A stretch of 64,000 nucleotides of DNA, taken from IMG/VR virus record IMGVR_UViG_3300012000_000001, positions 133,027-197,026 of that record; one strand, 5' to 3'. The notes under the pieces were generated by a model. The model was not told where the DNA came from. It saw only the letters and a program-made list of their open reading frames with translations, and searched no databases. The stretch comes from a virus. Made by a program: the position numbers and the translations under genes. Positions 50,142 to 59,874 of the stretch are shown piece after piece; within the stretch, counting starts at the first letter, position 1, and each line of letters opens with the position of its first letter.

Positions 50142-50804
50142 ATGAAAATATGCGTTAAATGTAAGATTAAAAAAGAACTCAATGAGTTTAGTAACAATAA
50201 GACCAAAAAAGATGGCAAGTGTGTTTATTGTCGTAGTTGCTATGCTTCGGTAAATAAAGAATGGAGACAAAATAATCCAGATAAAGATCGAAAAATTCAT
50301 AAAAAATGGGGAAAAAATAATATACATAAAATAAGAAAATCTAGATTAAAATCATATTATAAACACAAAGAAAAAATGAATAAATACGCTAGAGAATATA
50401 AACAAAAAAATAAAGATAAATTAAGAATTAAAGCTAGAGAATATTCAAAAAATAAATATGTCATAGATATAAATTATCGTTTAAGAGTTATACTTCGTGG
50501 TAGATTATGGAAAGCTATTTCAAGGGAAAGTAAAAAATCCAGTGCTTTAGATTTACTTGGTTGTAGTATCGACGAACTTAAAATGTATTTAGAGCAAAAA
50601 TTTATTGATGGTATGAATTGGGAAAATTACGGACAATGGCATATTGATCATATCAAACCATGTTGTAGTTTCGATTTAACTGATTTTGAACAGCAGAAAG
50701 AATGTTTTCATTATAGTAATCTACAGCCATTATGGGCCAAAGATAATATTACTAAAAATGGAAAATTTATCTTGCCCGACGATTTACCCGATCACACCTT
50801 CTAA
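50142..50804 (+). mobile_element. HNH homing endonuclease, paralog 3 (antisense insertion)
   Basis: LLGCSIDEL...WHIDHIKPCCSFDLTD..QKECFHYSNLQPLWAKDN. Confidence 0.88.
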
Positions 50805-50985
50805 TTGATTCTTTATTATTTGCTGGAACCATAACAAGTTCTGGTGCTGTTTTGTGAGAATACGATAAAAATCCAACCGCTCTTTGTTCAGTAGAACAAT
50901 CAATACAAACAATAGGACGATTATATTCAGTCAAAAATTCCACTCGTCCTTCTGGAATCATACTTTTGCAATAATTGCAGACCAT
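50767..50985 (-). CDS. DksA/TraR-like C4 zinc-finger protein
   Basis: CNYCKSMIPEGRVE...CIDCS. Confidence 0.6.
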   Translation of the reverse strand: MVCNYCKSMIPEGRVEFLTEYNRPIVCIDCSTEQRAVGFLSYSHKTAPELVMVPANNKESIRRCDRVNRRAR

Positions 50986-51021
50986 ATCAAACTCCGATGG
51001 GTGAGGATGCCAAGAGTCCTC

Positions 51022-51050
51022 TTTATAACACACTATCGGCGTTCTGTCAA
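51022..51050 (-). promoter_or_regulatory. Sigma70-type promoter
   Basis: TTGACA-N17-TATAAA. Confidence 0.75.
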
Positions 51051-51065
51051 CTGTTCTTTAAAGTT

Positions 51066-51809
51066 TTACGTCCATAGGTGGCGACGAATTTTAATCAGTT
51101 CCACCATCATATCCTCATCCTCTTGATCATAAGCTTCTTCTATCTTGACAAGTTTCATATAGTATTTATGTCCATTCTTGGGGGCTTTAAAGTCATTTAG
51201 TTCCATATTATCGTATATTGGTCCCCAACCACTTTTTTCCATTGGGCTAAGTCTATTAGGTCTTTTATATTTCCACCACTCATATAGCATTTGAACTTTA
51301 CGAGCAGATTTTGCCTGTTCGCTCAAAACCCTTTTACCGTTTTCATTTTTTGTTTTCAGATTTTTTGCCCACTTAAAATAATCATAAGCAGCCTCAACAC
51401 ATCGACCATTCTTAAATTTGTATTTTTCTTTATCTTTCCATGTCATTTGATCTGCTAATTCAATTTCTACAAAATCAACAAGCTCATTAAATAATCCATG
51501 CATTAGTCGATAGTCAAATTCATACCAGTGTCCTGGTTTTAATCCTGTTTTTAGATAATGAGTTTTATCTATCCATCTATTACGAACATAGATCTTAATT
51601 TCTCTATAAACATCATACGGAAAATATATTGTGTTTTGTAGCCATTTTAGAAATTTTTCTGTAAACCAATACCTAATAGGTTTTCTTTTCTTCAGATCAT
51701 TATAATAGTCATCCCATGCATCCCATTCTAAAGCAAGGGGTTTCTGTTCTCCTCTAATCCAGTCAGCAAATTTACTAGATGACCAATAATGAATTCTTGT
51801 TCTTAGCAT
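51066..51809 (-). CDS. Hypothetical phage protein
   Basis: ORF track. Confidence 0.75.
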   Translation of the reverse strand: MLRTRIHYWSSSKFADWIRGEQKPLALEWDAWDDYYNDLKKRKPIRYWFTEKFLKWLQNTIYFPYDVYREIKIYVRNRWIDKTHYLKTGLKPGHWYEFDYRLMHGLFNELVDFVEIELADQMTWKDKEKYKFKNGRCVEAAYDYFKWAKNLKTKNENGKRVLSEQAKSARKVQMLYEWWKYKRPNRLSPMEKSGWGPIYDNMELNDFKAPKNGHKYYMKLVKIEEAYDQEDEDMMVELIKIRRHLWT

Positions 51810-52275
51810 AAAACTTTCCTTTGGCATACTTAAAAAAATAATCACTATCTATTGTTATTTGATCACCGTCACTATCTTCAAAATTATTGTCGCCCACACT
51901 CCAGTAAATATCATTCAAACCAACTGCATTTAAAATTTTAGCACAATTAACGCAAGGCTTACTAAGCCTCATTCTTCCATCTCTTCCAATTCGTACAACA
52001 ACAATGCTCCAATCAACACCAATGGTATTATAGCGATCAAGTAATTGAGAAATAAGATGAGACTCAGCATGATTATATGGAAATTCCTTATAGGTTTGTA
52101 TATTAAATCTTTGACCCATTCTAAATGCCTTAGCATTAACCTTAATCGGGTTGTTTTGGCTGAGACAAATTGGTCTGTTGCCATCAAATGCTATTGCAAA
52201 ATGATACCTTCTTTGATACAGATTAGGAATAAAGCGCTCGTAAGAAAGTTTAATCGCTGTTTTTAGAATCTTCAT
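51775..52275 (-). CDS. Zinc-dependent cytidine/dCMP deaminase-like protein
   Basis: HAE and SKPCVNC motifs. Confidence 0.8.
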   Translation of the reverse strand: MKILKTAIKLSYERFIPNLYQRRYHFAIAFDGNRPICLSQNNPIKVNAKAFRMGQRFNIQTYKEFPYNHAESHLISQLLDRYNTIGVDWSIVVVRIGRDGRMRLSKPCVNCAKILNAVGLNDIYWSVGDNNFEDSDGDQITIDSDYFFKYAKGKFYAKNKNSLLVI

Positions 52276-52462
52276 TTGCGGCTTTATCCAAAGTTTCGTT
52301 TATTTTGTCCAAATCAATAGGCTTGTATACTGAATCGTTGTCTGGTCTAATATAGACATCATCATGCATCGCTTCTGGATACAATCCTCTTAATGGTAGT
52401 TGTTTAACCTGTTTTGCTTTTGGTGTTGATGGATCTAGTGGAATTTTTTGTGGTTCTTTCAT
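52250..52462 (-). CDS. Hypothetical protein
   Basis: ORF track. Confidence 0.55.
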   Translation of the reverse strand: MKEPQKIPLDPSTPKAKQVKQLPLRGLYPEAMHDDVYIRPDNDSVYKPIDLDKINETLDKAANEDSKNSD

Positions 52463-52474
52463 AGAATAAATCCT

Positions 52475-52621
52475 TTATTTAGATGCTAACATATACAATC
52501 CAATATTAGCAAAAGCATATCCTAAATATGCTATAAGCATACCAGTATTCCCTTTGTATCCTTGTTCAAATGCTACATAGGCATATACGCAGCCAGTAAA
52601 AGCAATTAACCATGCACTCAT
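52475..52621 (-). CDS. 48-aa membrane protein
   Basis: Manual translation MSAWLIAFTGCVYAYVAFEQGYKGNTGMLIAYLGYAFANIGLYMLASK. Confidence 0.65.
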   Translation of the reverse strand: MSAWLIAFTGCVYAYVAFEQGYKGNTGMLIAYLGYAFANIGLYMLASK

Positions 52622-52622
52622 A

Positions 52623-52769
52623 TTAGTTTTTCTCTATTGGAATATATCGAACCCCATCCTCAGTAACCTGTTCCTTACCAATAGTAATCTTTTTATCTTC
52701 TTTAAGCAAGTTGATTACCGCTTGAGTATTTACATTATCATCGATTACAATAGATCCAATTTGGCCCAT
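52623..52769 (-). CDS. 48-aa hypothetical protein
   Basis: Manual translation MGQIGSIVIDD...; GGAG RBS. Confidence 0.55.
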   Translation of the reverse strand: MGQIGSIVIDDNVNTQAVINLLKEDKKITIGKEQVTEDGVRYIPIEKN

Positions 52770-52780
52770 AATTAATCTCC

Positions 52781-53698
52781 TTACTTAGTTGAAAGTGTAG
52801 TTAAAAGTTTATTGTATTCAGCGATTGCTAAGTCTTTAGCCTTAAGTTCCATATCTATATCAAATTCTAGACCATAATTATCGAAAGTTTGTTCAGGATA
52901 ATCTGCATGGGCGCGTGGATTATTTCCGGGGCGACTTTCACTATAATGAAAAAGTGGTCTTGTTTGCCAAGTATCATAGCACATATTAATTGCTTCTACC
53001 TCAGTAGTATTATTTGAATGACACTTATGATGCAAATAGTCGAAGCAAATTGGTATGCGGGTAATTGGATGAAAAATATCTACAAGTTCTCGTACACTCC
53101 AGCAATTAAGCTTATCATCATTTTCAATAGTGAGTCTAGCCTGACAATTTGTATCAAGTCTTTTAAAGTTTTGATAAAATCGGTGTGAAATTTCTTCTCT
53201 TGTTCCATTGTTGTTATGAACATGAAGATTCATTGGTGATCTAGTATCTGCTGGAAGTCCAATTCTGTCAAAGAAACTACTGTAGAAGTTGAGTTCTGTG
53301 ATGGTTTTTTCAACAACTTTTTCGGAGAGACTAGCCAAACTGTTAAATTCACTTGGATGAGCAGAAACACGAACGCTAGTAGAGGAAATAGTTTCCGCAA
53401 TATTATCAAACTCATCTTGTATTTCATCGTGATTAGGTAAATCCTCTAAACTAACATTCGCTTCATCGTAAGTAATAAGCGGAAATATATCGCTACTAAC
53501 GCGATAAACATAGTTGTTATCTGCACAAAACTGTATAGTCTTATTGGTAACAACAAGATTATTGAGAATACGAGATCCAAGAATATCGAGTGCTTCTTCT
53601 CTAGGCAAAGAACTAAAACGCTTATAGGTCATAGTTTGATGACCAAAACCTTGATCTTTCAAGGTGAGAGAAATACAACACAATCCAAGTTTATTCAT
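52781..53698 (-). CDS. uvsE: UV-damage endonuclease (start MNKLG at 53698)
   Basis: LGLCCIS, YRVSSDIFP, RVSAHP, LTIENDD, ICFDYLHH, PLFHYSE, AHADY, ELKAKDLA. Confidence 0.93.
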   Translation of the reverse strand: MNKLGLCCISLTLKDQGFGHQTMTYKRFSSLPREEALDILGSRILNNLVVTNKTIQFCADNNYVYRVSSDIFPLITYDEANVSLEDLPNHDEIQDEFDNIAETISSTSVRVSAHPSEFNSLASLSEKVVEKTITELNFYSSFFDRIGLPADTRSPMNLHVHNNNGTREEISHRFYQNFKRLDTNCQARLTIENDDKLNCWSVRELVDIFHPITRIPICFDYLHHKCHSNNTTEVEAINMCYDTWQTRPLFHYSESRPGNNPRAHADYPEQTFDNYGLEFDIDMELKAKDLAIAEYNKLLTTLSTK

Positions 53699-53716
53699 AA
53701 AGCCTCCGTTGGTTCG

Positions 53717-53745
53717 ATTATATCCTAGTATCGTCAGATTGTCAA
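53717..53745 (-). promoter_or_regulatory. Perfect consensus sigma70 promoter for uvsE
   Basis: TTGACA-N17-TATAAT. Confidence 0.9.
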
Positions 53746-53759
53746 CCGGCACTTTAGAA

Positions 53760-54365
53760 TTATTCGTACTCAACCAACAATGCTTGTCTAATTGAATCGG
53801 TAAGATTACTACGATCCAAATAAAAAGACAGATCAGAATTAAAAACATTAGGCATATGATCGAGAACTCTTTCTGAGTAAATTGGTCTTTTTGGCCTTAA
53901 TCTTAATTCTCTATTAAGATGATAACTCCATAAGTAGGCATTAACAGCTCTCATATATTTATCTGTATCGAATTCTTCTATGGGACAGTTTTTAACAATT
54001 TTCAAAACCCTTTTTTCGCAATCATGTTCTATTTCCAATATATCGTGTAGACTCCTATCAAGTTGTTCATCTGAGAATACAGAGTCTTTATTAGAAATCC
54101 AATCAAATAATATATCGTATGTTTCAGTACTTTTATCCCATAATTTACGATCAGTTTTCCATTGTAAGAAATGACAATATTCATGAATTAATATTTCAAA
54201 TCCCATGTGATGTTTCATGGCAACAACAAATTCTTCTTGCCCTTCATCTGTACCAAACCATCCACCATACCCGTCGATATGTTCTTTTTGATGTAAATGT
54301 ACAGAGAAACCATAAGATAAAAGTTCTCTTACAACTTTGATTGTGAAATTTTGTTTAGTTTCCAT
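53760..54365 (-). CDS. Hypothetical protein with HExxH motif
   Basis: LIHEYCHFLQW. Confidence 0.65.
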   Translation of the reverse strand: METKQNFTIKVVRELLSYGFSVHLHQKEHIDGYGGWFGTDEGQEEFVVAMKHHMGFEILIHEYCHFLQWKTDRKLWDKSTETYDILFDWISNKDSVFSDEQLDRSLHDILEIEHDCEKRVLKIVKNCPIEEFDTDKYMRAVNAYLWSYHLNRELRLRPKRPIYSERVLDHMPNVFNSDLSFYLDRSNLTDSIRQALLVEYE

Positions 54366-54539
54366 AACTATATTTGTTCTATTGAATAGATTTTAACAAC
54401 TTTTCTATTTGGATTAGGATGTTCATGCTGATATTTATGGGCAGCTTCTTCTTTAGATAATGCCGATATTGTTTCATTTACAAGTAGAGTTTGTTTATGG
54501 TCATCAAATGTATTATATACTTGTGCGGATATGCTATAT

Positions 54540-55181
54540 TTATTCATGGTTCCACCCTAAAGCCTCAGATGTAGTAGGAAATTGTTCAGCAAAAATACTC
54601 TTGCATTGATTAGCGATATTCATATGTTCTTTTTGTGTACCATGACCTGAACGTAATTCTATATAATGAATCCAACTACGAACAGTTCCACTCATATAAA
54701 GTCTGGTAGGAGTGGCTAGAGGTAATACAAATCTAGCACATTCTTTAGCGATACCGTCCGCTATCATACCGTCATAAATAGCCTTAGACTTTGCAAAATG
54801 TTCACGAATTTTACTATTCCATTTGACTTTAATCTCATCAGATATATTATCAATACTATTTTGACGATTTTTAGTATCTTGTCTCCTAAGTTCAAATAAT
54901 GGAATATCTTCTGCCAATAATGTTGTATCGGCATATCTTTGTGAGAACTCTTGAAAATTAAAACTTCTATGTCTAAGAATTTGAGCGGCTATTCCTCTTG
55001 TTGTATTTACTTCAAGACTCATGTTAGCCATTTCAAATATTGACCAGTGTTTATTTTTAATGCAATAAGCCAATAACTTGGCATAATTATCTGAATCTTG
55101 GTTATTAGGATTGCTTACTCTCGCACAATAACTCATTAGTTTTTCAGCATCTGGAGTAACGCTTATTAATTTTACACTCAT
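54540..55181 (-). CDS. thyX: Flavin-dependent thymidylate synthase
   Basis: RHRSFNFQEFSQRY, KECARFVLP, SWIHYIELR. Confidence 0.96.
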   Translation of the reverse strand: MSVKLISVTPDAEKLMSYCARVSNPNNQDSDNYAKLLAYCIKNKHWSIFEMANMSLEVNTTRGIAAQILRHRSFNFQEFSQRYADTTLLAEDIPLFELRRQDTKNRQNSIDNISDEIKVKWNSKIREHFAKSKAIYDGMIADGIAKECARFVLPLATPTRLYMSGTVRSWIHYIELRSGHGTQKEHMNIANQCKSIFAEQFPTTSEALGWNHE

Positions 55182-55423
55182 ATTTGATCCTCTGTATATG
55201 ATATTTCAAACTCTTCTATTGGGCAAAGTTCAGTACGCCAAGAACCATTTCTTAATCCAAAACCTAAAATTTTGCCTGATTTTTCCCAAATTTTATATTC
55301 GTCTACAGACATTCTTTTGAACGGCTTATTTTTAGCATTGTATCCATCCATATACGCCTCAAAAACTTCTGTACCAGCATCAAACCATTCATTTGGTTTT
55401 GATATCAACTTGACATATATCAT
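55178..55423 (-). CDS. Hypothetical protein
   Basis: ORF track. Confidence 0.6.
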   Translation of the reverse strand: MIYVKLISKPNEWFDAGTEVFEAYMDGYNAKNKPFKRMSVDEYKIWEKSGKILGFGLRNGSWRTELCPIEEFEISYTEDQI

Positions 55424-55920
55424 CGTTCAAACCTATTGGTTTTTGTTTCCCACCAAAACGATACCATGTGTTCATCCCCATTAAAGTATATTGGACAAAA
55501 GTCTGGTTTAAAAATACTATTAAGATCACATGCTACACAAGTGAAGAAGGTATCTCTTCTTTTAATAAAGCCGTAGTCTGATATTTTCTTTTCTATTCTT
55601 TTGAAGTTATTGCCACTTAAACAACCGCTGTCAACAACAATAAATTTAGTATACGGGTCTAGTTGATCTGGATGAATGATGGGTTCAAACTCATTTTTGT
55701 ATGGAATATTTACTGGCTCTATATCTATAGGTTCATTTTTGACAGATAATTTATGAGCCATTAATTGTGCCATCAAGCCAGAATATTCATAGCTTAATTG
55801 TAGAATAGCTATTTTATCAAGCTCAAAATCAAATAAGCCATTTTCTCTGATATGGTCGCATATTTTGTCTATACATTTGGTTTCCCATTCTCTATCAATA
55901 TAAAGACTTTTAAGAGCCAT
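55420..55920 (-). CDS. Divergent phosphoribosyltransferase-fold protein
   Basis: VVDSGCLSG PRPP-loop-like motif; C-terminal FWWE. Confidence 0.55.
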   Translation of the reverse strand: MALKSLYIDREWETKCIDKICDHIRENGLFDFELDKIAILQLSYEYSGLMAQLMAHKLSVKNEPIDIEPVNIPYKNEFEPIIHPDQLDPYTKFIVVDSGCLSGNNFKRIEKKISDYGFIKRRDTFFTCVACDLNSIFKPDFCPIYFNGDEHMVSFWWETKTNRFER

Positions 55921-56176
55921 AATCGGTTACCGTAAATTTAGTATACTCTTTTTCTTCTTTAAATTTTGTCTGATGTTCAACCCACTTGTTATCTGTCATA
56001 TGATTAAATATGGCTGTGGCGACTTTGCTCACGCTTGGAGCAACTCCAGTAGCATGAATATCGCTTTCTTTACTCCAATAATATTGTGTAGGTTGTTCTT
56101 TTTCTTCGTCGCCTTTATCCTTAATAATAGAGTACCCGTGAGCCTTTGCCCACTTCTTAATTTCACTGATTGTCAC
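55910..56176 (-). CDS. Hypothetical protein
   Basis: ORF track. Confidence 0.65.
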   Translation of the reverse strand: MTISEIKKWAKAHGYSIIKDKGDEEKEQPTQYYWSKESDIHATGVAPSVSKVATAIFNHMTDNKWVEHQTKFKEEKEYTKFTVTDYGS

Positions 56177-56458
56177 TTAGCAACTCCTGTTATCGGATGA
56201 TTTGAGTGGTTTATTAGAATATTGTCTGGTTTTAGGATCATAAAACTGATCTGATTTTTCATAGCGCTTCCATGCTTCACTATGTTTTAGGGCTATTATC
56301 TGTTTTTCTTGCTGATTAATTCTTTCTTGTTGATATTCTATAAGCCTATACAGCTCTATAATATAGTCTAAAACTGGCTGACCCTTATACTCAGACAGCA
56401 CCTTATTAACTTTATTTATGTTAACCGGATCATACTTAAAGGTTCCATCCCAACTCAT
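56177..56458 (-). CDS. Hypothetical protein
   Basis: ORF track. Confidence 0.65.
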   Translation of the reverse strand: MSWDGTFKYDPVNINKVNKVLSEYKGQPVLDYIIELYRLIEYQQERINQQEKQIIALKHSEAWKRYEKSDQFYDPKTRQYSNKPLKSSDNRSC

Positions 56459-56814
56459 TTTTGCATCATCTCCTCAAAGGATATATGTTTTTTGTATTCA
56501 AACCCGTGACAAAAAGCTGTTTTGTATATTTCTTTCATGGTCTCTATATGGTCAAATGTATCAACAAAATCTTTATTTTCTTTGGCCCAATTTACCCAGG
56601 CTTTTTCATCATCGCTTTCGCCATATAAGTCCTCCAGATACAAATCTTTATAGTCATATTCTGCTTTGTGTGACGAGGTATTGGTTGTGGTAAAAATAAT
56701 TTTATAAGTATTATGAGCGGCTGTTTTATTAATAGATATTATTGTCAATGGCTCCATAAAGCAATTATATACCTTATCTCCAACTTTGAGATGGTCAGCT
56801 AAATCTAGTCTCAT
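56455..56814 (-). CDS. Hypothetical protein
   Basis: ORF track; likely start MRLDL. Confidence 0.6.
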   Translation of the reverse strand: MRLDLADHLKVGDKVYNCFMEPLTIISINKTAAHNTYKIIFTTTNTSSHKAEYDYKDLYLEDLYGESDDEKAWVNWAKENKDFVDTFDHIETMKEIYKTAFCHGFEYKKHISFEEMMQK

Positions 56815-57496
56815 AATGATGCTCCGAATATTTATTATAGTAATCAAATGTTTTATCAAGAATCTTTTTAGGCACAGTTTGTGTAACTTCCTCATCACCA
56901 TCTAAAATATAAGATTGTAGTTCATCATAAAGCATATATCTACAATATCCTTTTGATAGGAGCGTTGACAAACTATGTTTGATTTTTTCTAAATTTTGAT
57001 CGAATAGGGCATTAATTGATTTTTTATAGTCTTCAGAATAATAATATAGTGCATGATTTAATTCGTGATTCAGCACACCATCATCATTAGCCCCTATAAT
57101 ATAGAACGGCTTAGAGTTGTTCTTATAAGAAAAGAACGATAAGAGAGCTTTTTCTTCATCTATTAGAGGGTCAAACACCCCCTGTTTAAACGGCTCTAGA
57201 ACGATGCTAGGAAAGTTAAATCCACGCCAATCGGACTCATATGTAAACGCTCCGTACATTTCTGAATACCAGTGTTTATACGAGCCAAGGGTAAAAATCT
57301 TTCCACGAAATTGATCGTTTGGACTTTCATAATACTCTTGAAATCTAAGAAATGATCTAGCCAATTCCTCATTAGAGTCGGCACTAATACAAAAAGAGTT
57401 ATACTGTGTTTTGTTAATAGATAACACTATGAAAATCCTAGATAGAACATTAGATAGACAATCATGCAGAGAAGAATCTCTATAATCCAAGACCAA
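56795..57496 (-). CDS. Conserved viral protein with HExxH motif (true start probably the GTG near 57430)
   Basis: RFQEYYESP..FRGKIFTL...GFNFP, HELNHALY. Confidence 0.7.
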   Translation of the reverse strand: MVLDYRDSSLHDCLSNVLSRIFIVLSINKTQYNSFCISADSNEELARSFLRFQEYYESPNDQFRGKIFTLGSYKHWYSEMYGAFTYESDWRGFNFPSIVLEPFKQGVFDPLIDEEKALLSFFSYKNNSKPFYIIGANDDGVLNHELNHALYYYSEDYKKSINALFDQNLEKIKHSLSTLLSKGYCRYMLYDELQSYILDGDEEVTQTVPKKILDKTFDYYNKYSEHHYETRFS

Positions 57497-57536
57497 TCAA
57501 ACCTATTGTCTGCCATCCAAACCCTATTTTTACTGC

Positions 57537-57565
57537 ATTATACTCAACGAGACCTGTTGAGTCAA
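57537..57565 (-). promoter_or_regulatory. Sigma70-type promoter with palindromic spacer
   Basis: TTGACT-N17-TATAAT; CTCAAC-N7-GTTGAG. Confidence 0.75.
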
Positions 57566-57575
57566 TAGGGCAACG

Positions 57576-57962
57576 CTATTCTTCGTCCTCGCACTCTAAT
57601 TGTCCTACCGGCTTATTGGGGTGAGCAAACAAAGAAATCCTACCATCTTTAAATGTAATCTTATATAAATAAATAGTAACAACACTAGGATCTTGTTCTA
57701 GTTTTTTAACCAACTGCTCTGCTTCATATTCGCTCAGTCTGGTTTTATATTTTGGTAGATATTCTTTATACTTTTTACCCATGCTATAGTATGTATAGTA
57801 CATTCTACCATTACATTCACTATCTATTGTAGTTCTTATAATCATTGTGGGTTTTAATGTATCTAATATTGTCCTTTGATAGTTACTATAAATATAATAC
57901 CCCTCAAACCTCTTATAGTGTAAATGACTTATTTTTTCTATATTATCAAGCTTGTTTTTCAT
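57576..57962 (-). CDS. Hypothetical protein
   Basis: ORF track. Confidence 0.6.
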   Translation of the reverse strand: MKNKLDNIEKISHLHYKRFEGYYIYSNYQRTILDTLKPTMIIRTTIDSECNGRMYYTYYSMGKKYKEYLPKYKTRLSEYEAEQLVKKLEQDPSVVTIYLYKITFKDGRISLFAHPNKPVGQLECEDEE

Positions 57963-58237
57963 TGATTCCCCAGAAATGGATCAGCATTATCTGGATAAGA
58001 ACAAGACCCCAAATATTCCTCTCTTTTTTGTCTCATCCATCCAAGAGTATCTCCAAAACAATTTTCACAGAGATGAATCTCAAATTTTTGACCATCTCTA
58101 CCGCTATTATAGCCCCACATTGCTTCTAGTGTAGCGTTCTCATGATTATGGTAAAAATCGTCTGTGCAAATTTTGTGGCAAATATCACAAATAGTTTGGT
58201 CAAGAACTTTTACGGTTTTCTTTTTTTATGTTCTCAT
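57959..58237 (-). pseudogene. Zn-finger phage protein with in-frame TAA at codon 4
   Basis: ATG AGA ACA TAA then an 88-codon frame KKKTVKVLDQTICDIC...WGYNS.RDG...LCENCF. Confidence 0.55.
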
Positions 58238-58626
58238 CACCATTCATTCCTATATGTTCCTGGTTCCAATATTGGTTCATATGGCTTATATGTCCAATCT
58301 AAATTGAGTAGATCATTGGATATTTCAGATGTTACGAAACCTTCTGAAACATAACCAGCAATCGCACCAGCACCTATACCAGAACAATACCAATCCATAT
58401 AATCTCCGGTACGATGCTCATAGAGGTCATGTCTTGTATCATCTTTAATTAGATCAGATACTATGCCACCAGCATATCTCCAAGAACAAGTCCATTCTTG
58501 GTCATCTTTCATAAAAATATTATTACATAATGCCGCGTATAAATTTTGGGCATATACATTGTTGACTGTACATTTATAACTAATCCAATCAGTCTTTAAC
58601 AAATCTCCTTCTAAATTAGCTTTCAT
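58237..58626 (-). CDS. Conserved phage protein
   Basis: YAQNLYAALCNN, WTCSWRYAGGIV, YMDWYCSG. Confidence 0.75.
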   Translation of the reverse strand: MKANLEGDLLKTDWISYKCTVNNVYAQNLYAALCNNIFMKDDQEWTCSWRYAGGIVSDLIKDDTRHDLYEHRTGDYMDWYCSGIGAGAIAGYVSEGFVTSEISNDLLNLDWTYKPYEPILEPGTYRNEW

Positions 58627-58811
58627 GATTTAATGATGTTCCTAATAATTTTTCTAATTACCAAATCAATATCGTTATTGTGTTCTTCTTCTTTAAGAAT
58701 TTGAGATAACAAGGTACTATTCTGAGGTAGCTGAATAACTTTCAATACATTTCTGCCATAATCAGTAATGATTTTCTCAAATATCTTTTCTTTTTGGTTT
58801 TCGGTTTCCAT
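58623..58811 (-). CDS. Hypothetical protein
   Basis: ORF track. Confidence 0.55.
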   Translation of the reverse strand: METENQKEKIFEKIITDYGRNVLKVIQLPQNSTLLSQILKEEEHNNDIDLVIRKIIRNIIKS

Positions 58812-59019
58812 ATTTACTCCTTAATAGGTCAACTATTTGTCCAGCAGTAAATGGTACAGTATTTCCACCAAGATAGTATTCTCCAGTCAAGTATATCATA
58901 TCATCCAGAAGTTTTTCGCTGTTGTAAAGTCTGGCCCACTTCGGTTTATACTCATTTTGCATATAACTCCAAACATCATTATAGAATACAGCAATCAGTT
59001 TTTGAGCTTTTTTATTCAT
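58777..59019 (-). CDS. Hypothetical protein
   Basis: ORF track. Confidence 0.6.
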   Translation of the reverse strand: MNKKAQKLIAVFYNDVWSYMQNEYKPKWARLYNSEKLLDDMIYLTGEYYLGGNTVPFTAGQIVDLLRSKYGNRKPKRKDI

Positions 59020-59249
59020 GCTTCAAGCTCCTTACTAGGAGCAGAATATCCATCAAGCTGAAAGACCTGTATAAAAGTATCAAATAATGCTCTTTCATGA
59101 GCTTCTATAAGAATAGCTAATCCTTCTATAGCACCAACAATTTCATCTGTGGTCAAATCATGCTCCAGAATACTGGAAGACAAATCTCTCAGATGATCTG
59201 CAAAAATAGATGTTTTAATGATTTTATTTTCAAGGTCAAAACGATCCAT
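59016..59249 (-). CDS. Hypothetical protein (start MDRFDLE)
   Basis: GGAG RBS; promoter upstream. Confidence 0.65.
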   Translation of the reverse strand: MDRFDLENKIIKTSIFADHLRDLSSSILEHDLTTDEIVGAIEGLAILIEAHERALFDTFIQVFQLDGYSAPSKELEA

Positions 59250-59284
59250 AGTTACTGCTCCTGTTTGGGATGAAGTCAACCAAT

Positions 59285-59313
59285 AGCATATCATAGCATC
59301 GTCGTTTTGTCAA
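59285..59313 (-). promoter_or_regulatory. Sigma70-type promoter
   Basis: TTGACA-N17-TATGCT. Confidence 0.7.
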
Positions 59314-59323
59314 CACACTCTTT

Positions 59324-59360
59324 AAAAAATAAACAGCCCCGACAGTCGCCGGGGCTATTT
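59324..59360 (-). terminator. Intrinsic terminator after Hsp20 gene
   Basis: AGCCCCGGC-GACT-GTCGGGGCT followed by T-rich run. Confidence 0.85.
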
Positions 59361-59382
59361 ACTTAGTGATTTTTAACTTATA

Positions 59383-59874
59383 TTACTCAGTAATTTTTAA
59401 TTTTCTGGTTTTACTATCGGGTTTTTCTGTTTTGTTTAACAACTGAAAAGAAATAGTTAAGATACCATCTTTCAATGAAGAAACAGGATCTTTATCGCTT
59501 AAATCTGATGGAAGTCTTATAATTCGTCTAAATTCTTGACCGCTCAATTCTTTAATCTGATACTGTTCATTTTTTGCCATATAACTTTCATGCAAAAAAC
59601 CTCCGACAGTCAATAATTTCCCCTGATCATCTTCGCTCAATTCAACAATCAAATCATCCAATTTAACACCCGGAACAGTATACTGTAATATCAAATGAGT
59701 ATCTGTTCTTATAGCATCCATCAAAGGATAGCCTCGTCCTTTTTTACTTAATCCTGCAAAAAAATCATGACCAAAAATACTATTCATTGCTTGATCTAGT
59801 TCTTTGCTAACCTCAGAAAATAAATCAACTCTACGAGGAGCTAAATAACCGTTTCTAGAAATAGAAAGATTCAT
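59383..59874 (-). CDS. Hsp20/alpha-crystallin small heat shock protein
   Basis: YPLMD, VPGVK, FRRIIRLP, LKDGILTI. Confidence 0.88.
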   Translation of the reverse strand: MNLSISRNGYLAPRRVDLFSEVSKELDQAMNSIFGHDFFAGLSKKGRGYPLMDAIRTDTHLILQYTVPGVKLDDLIVELSEDDQGKLLTVGGFLHESYMAKNEQYQIKELSGQEFRRIIRLPSDLSDKDPVSSLKDGILTISFQLLNKTEKPDSKTRKLKITE

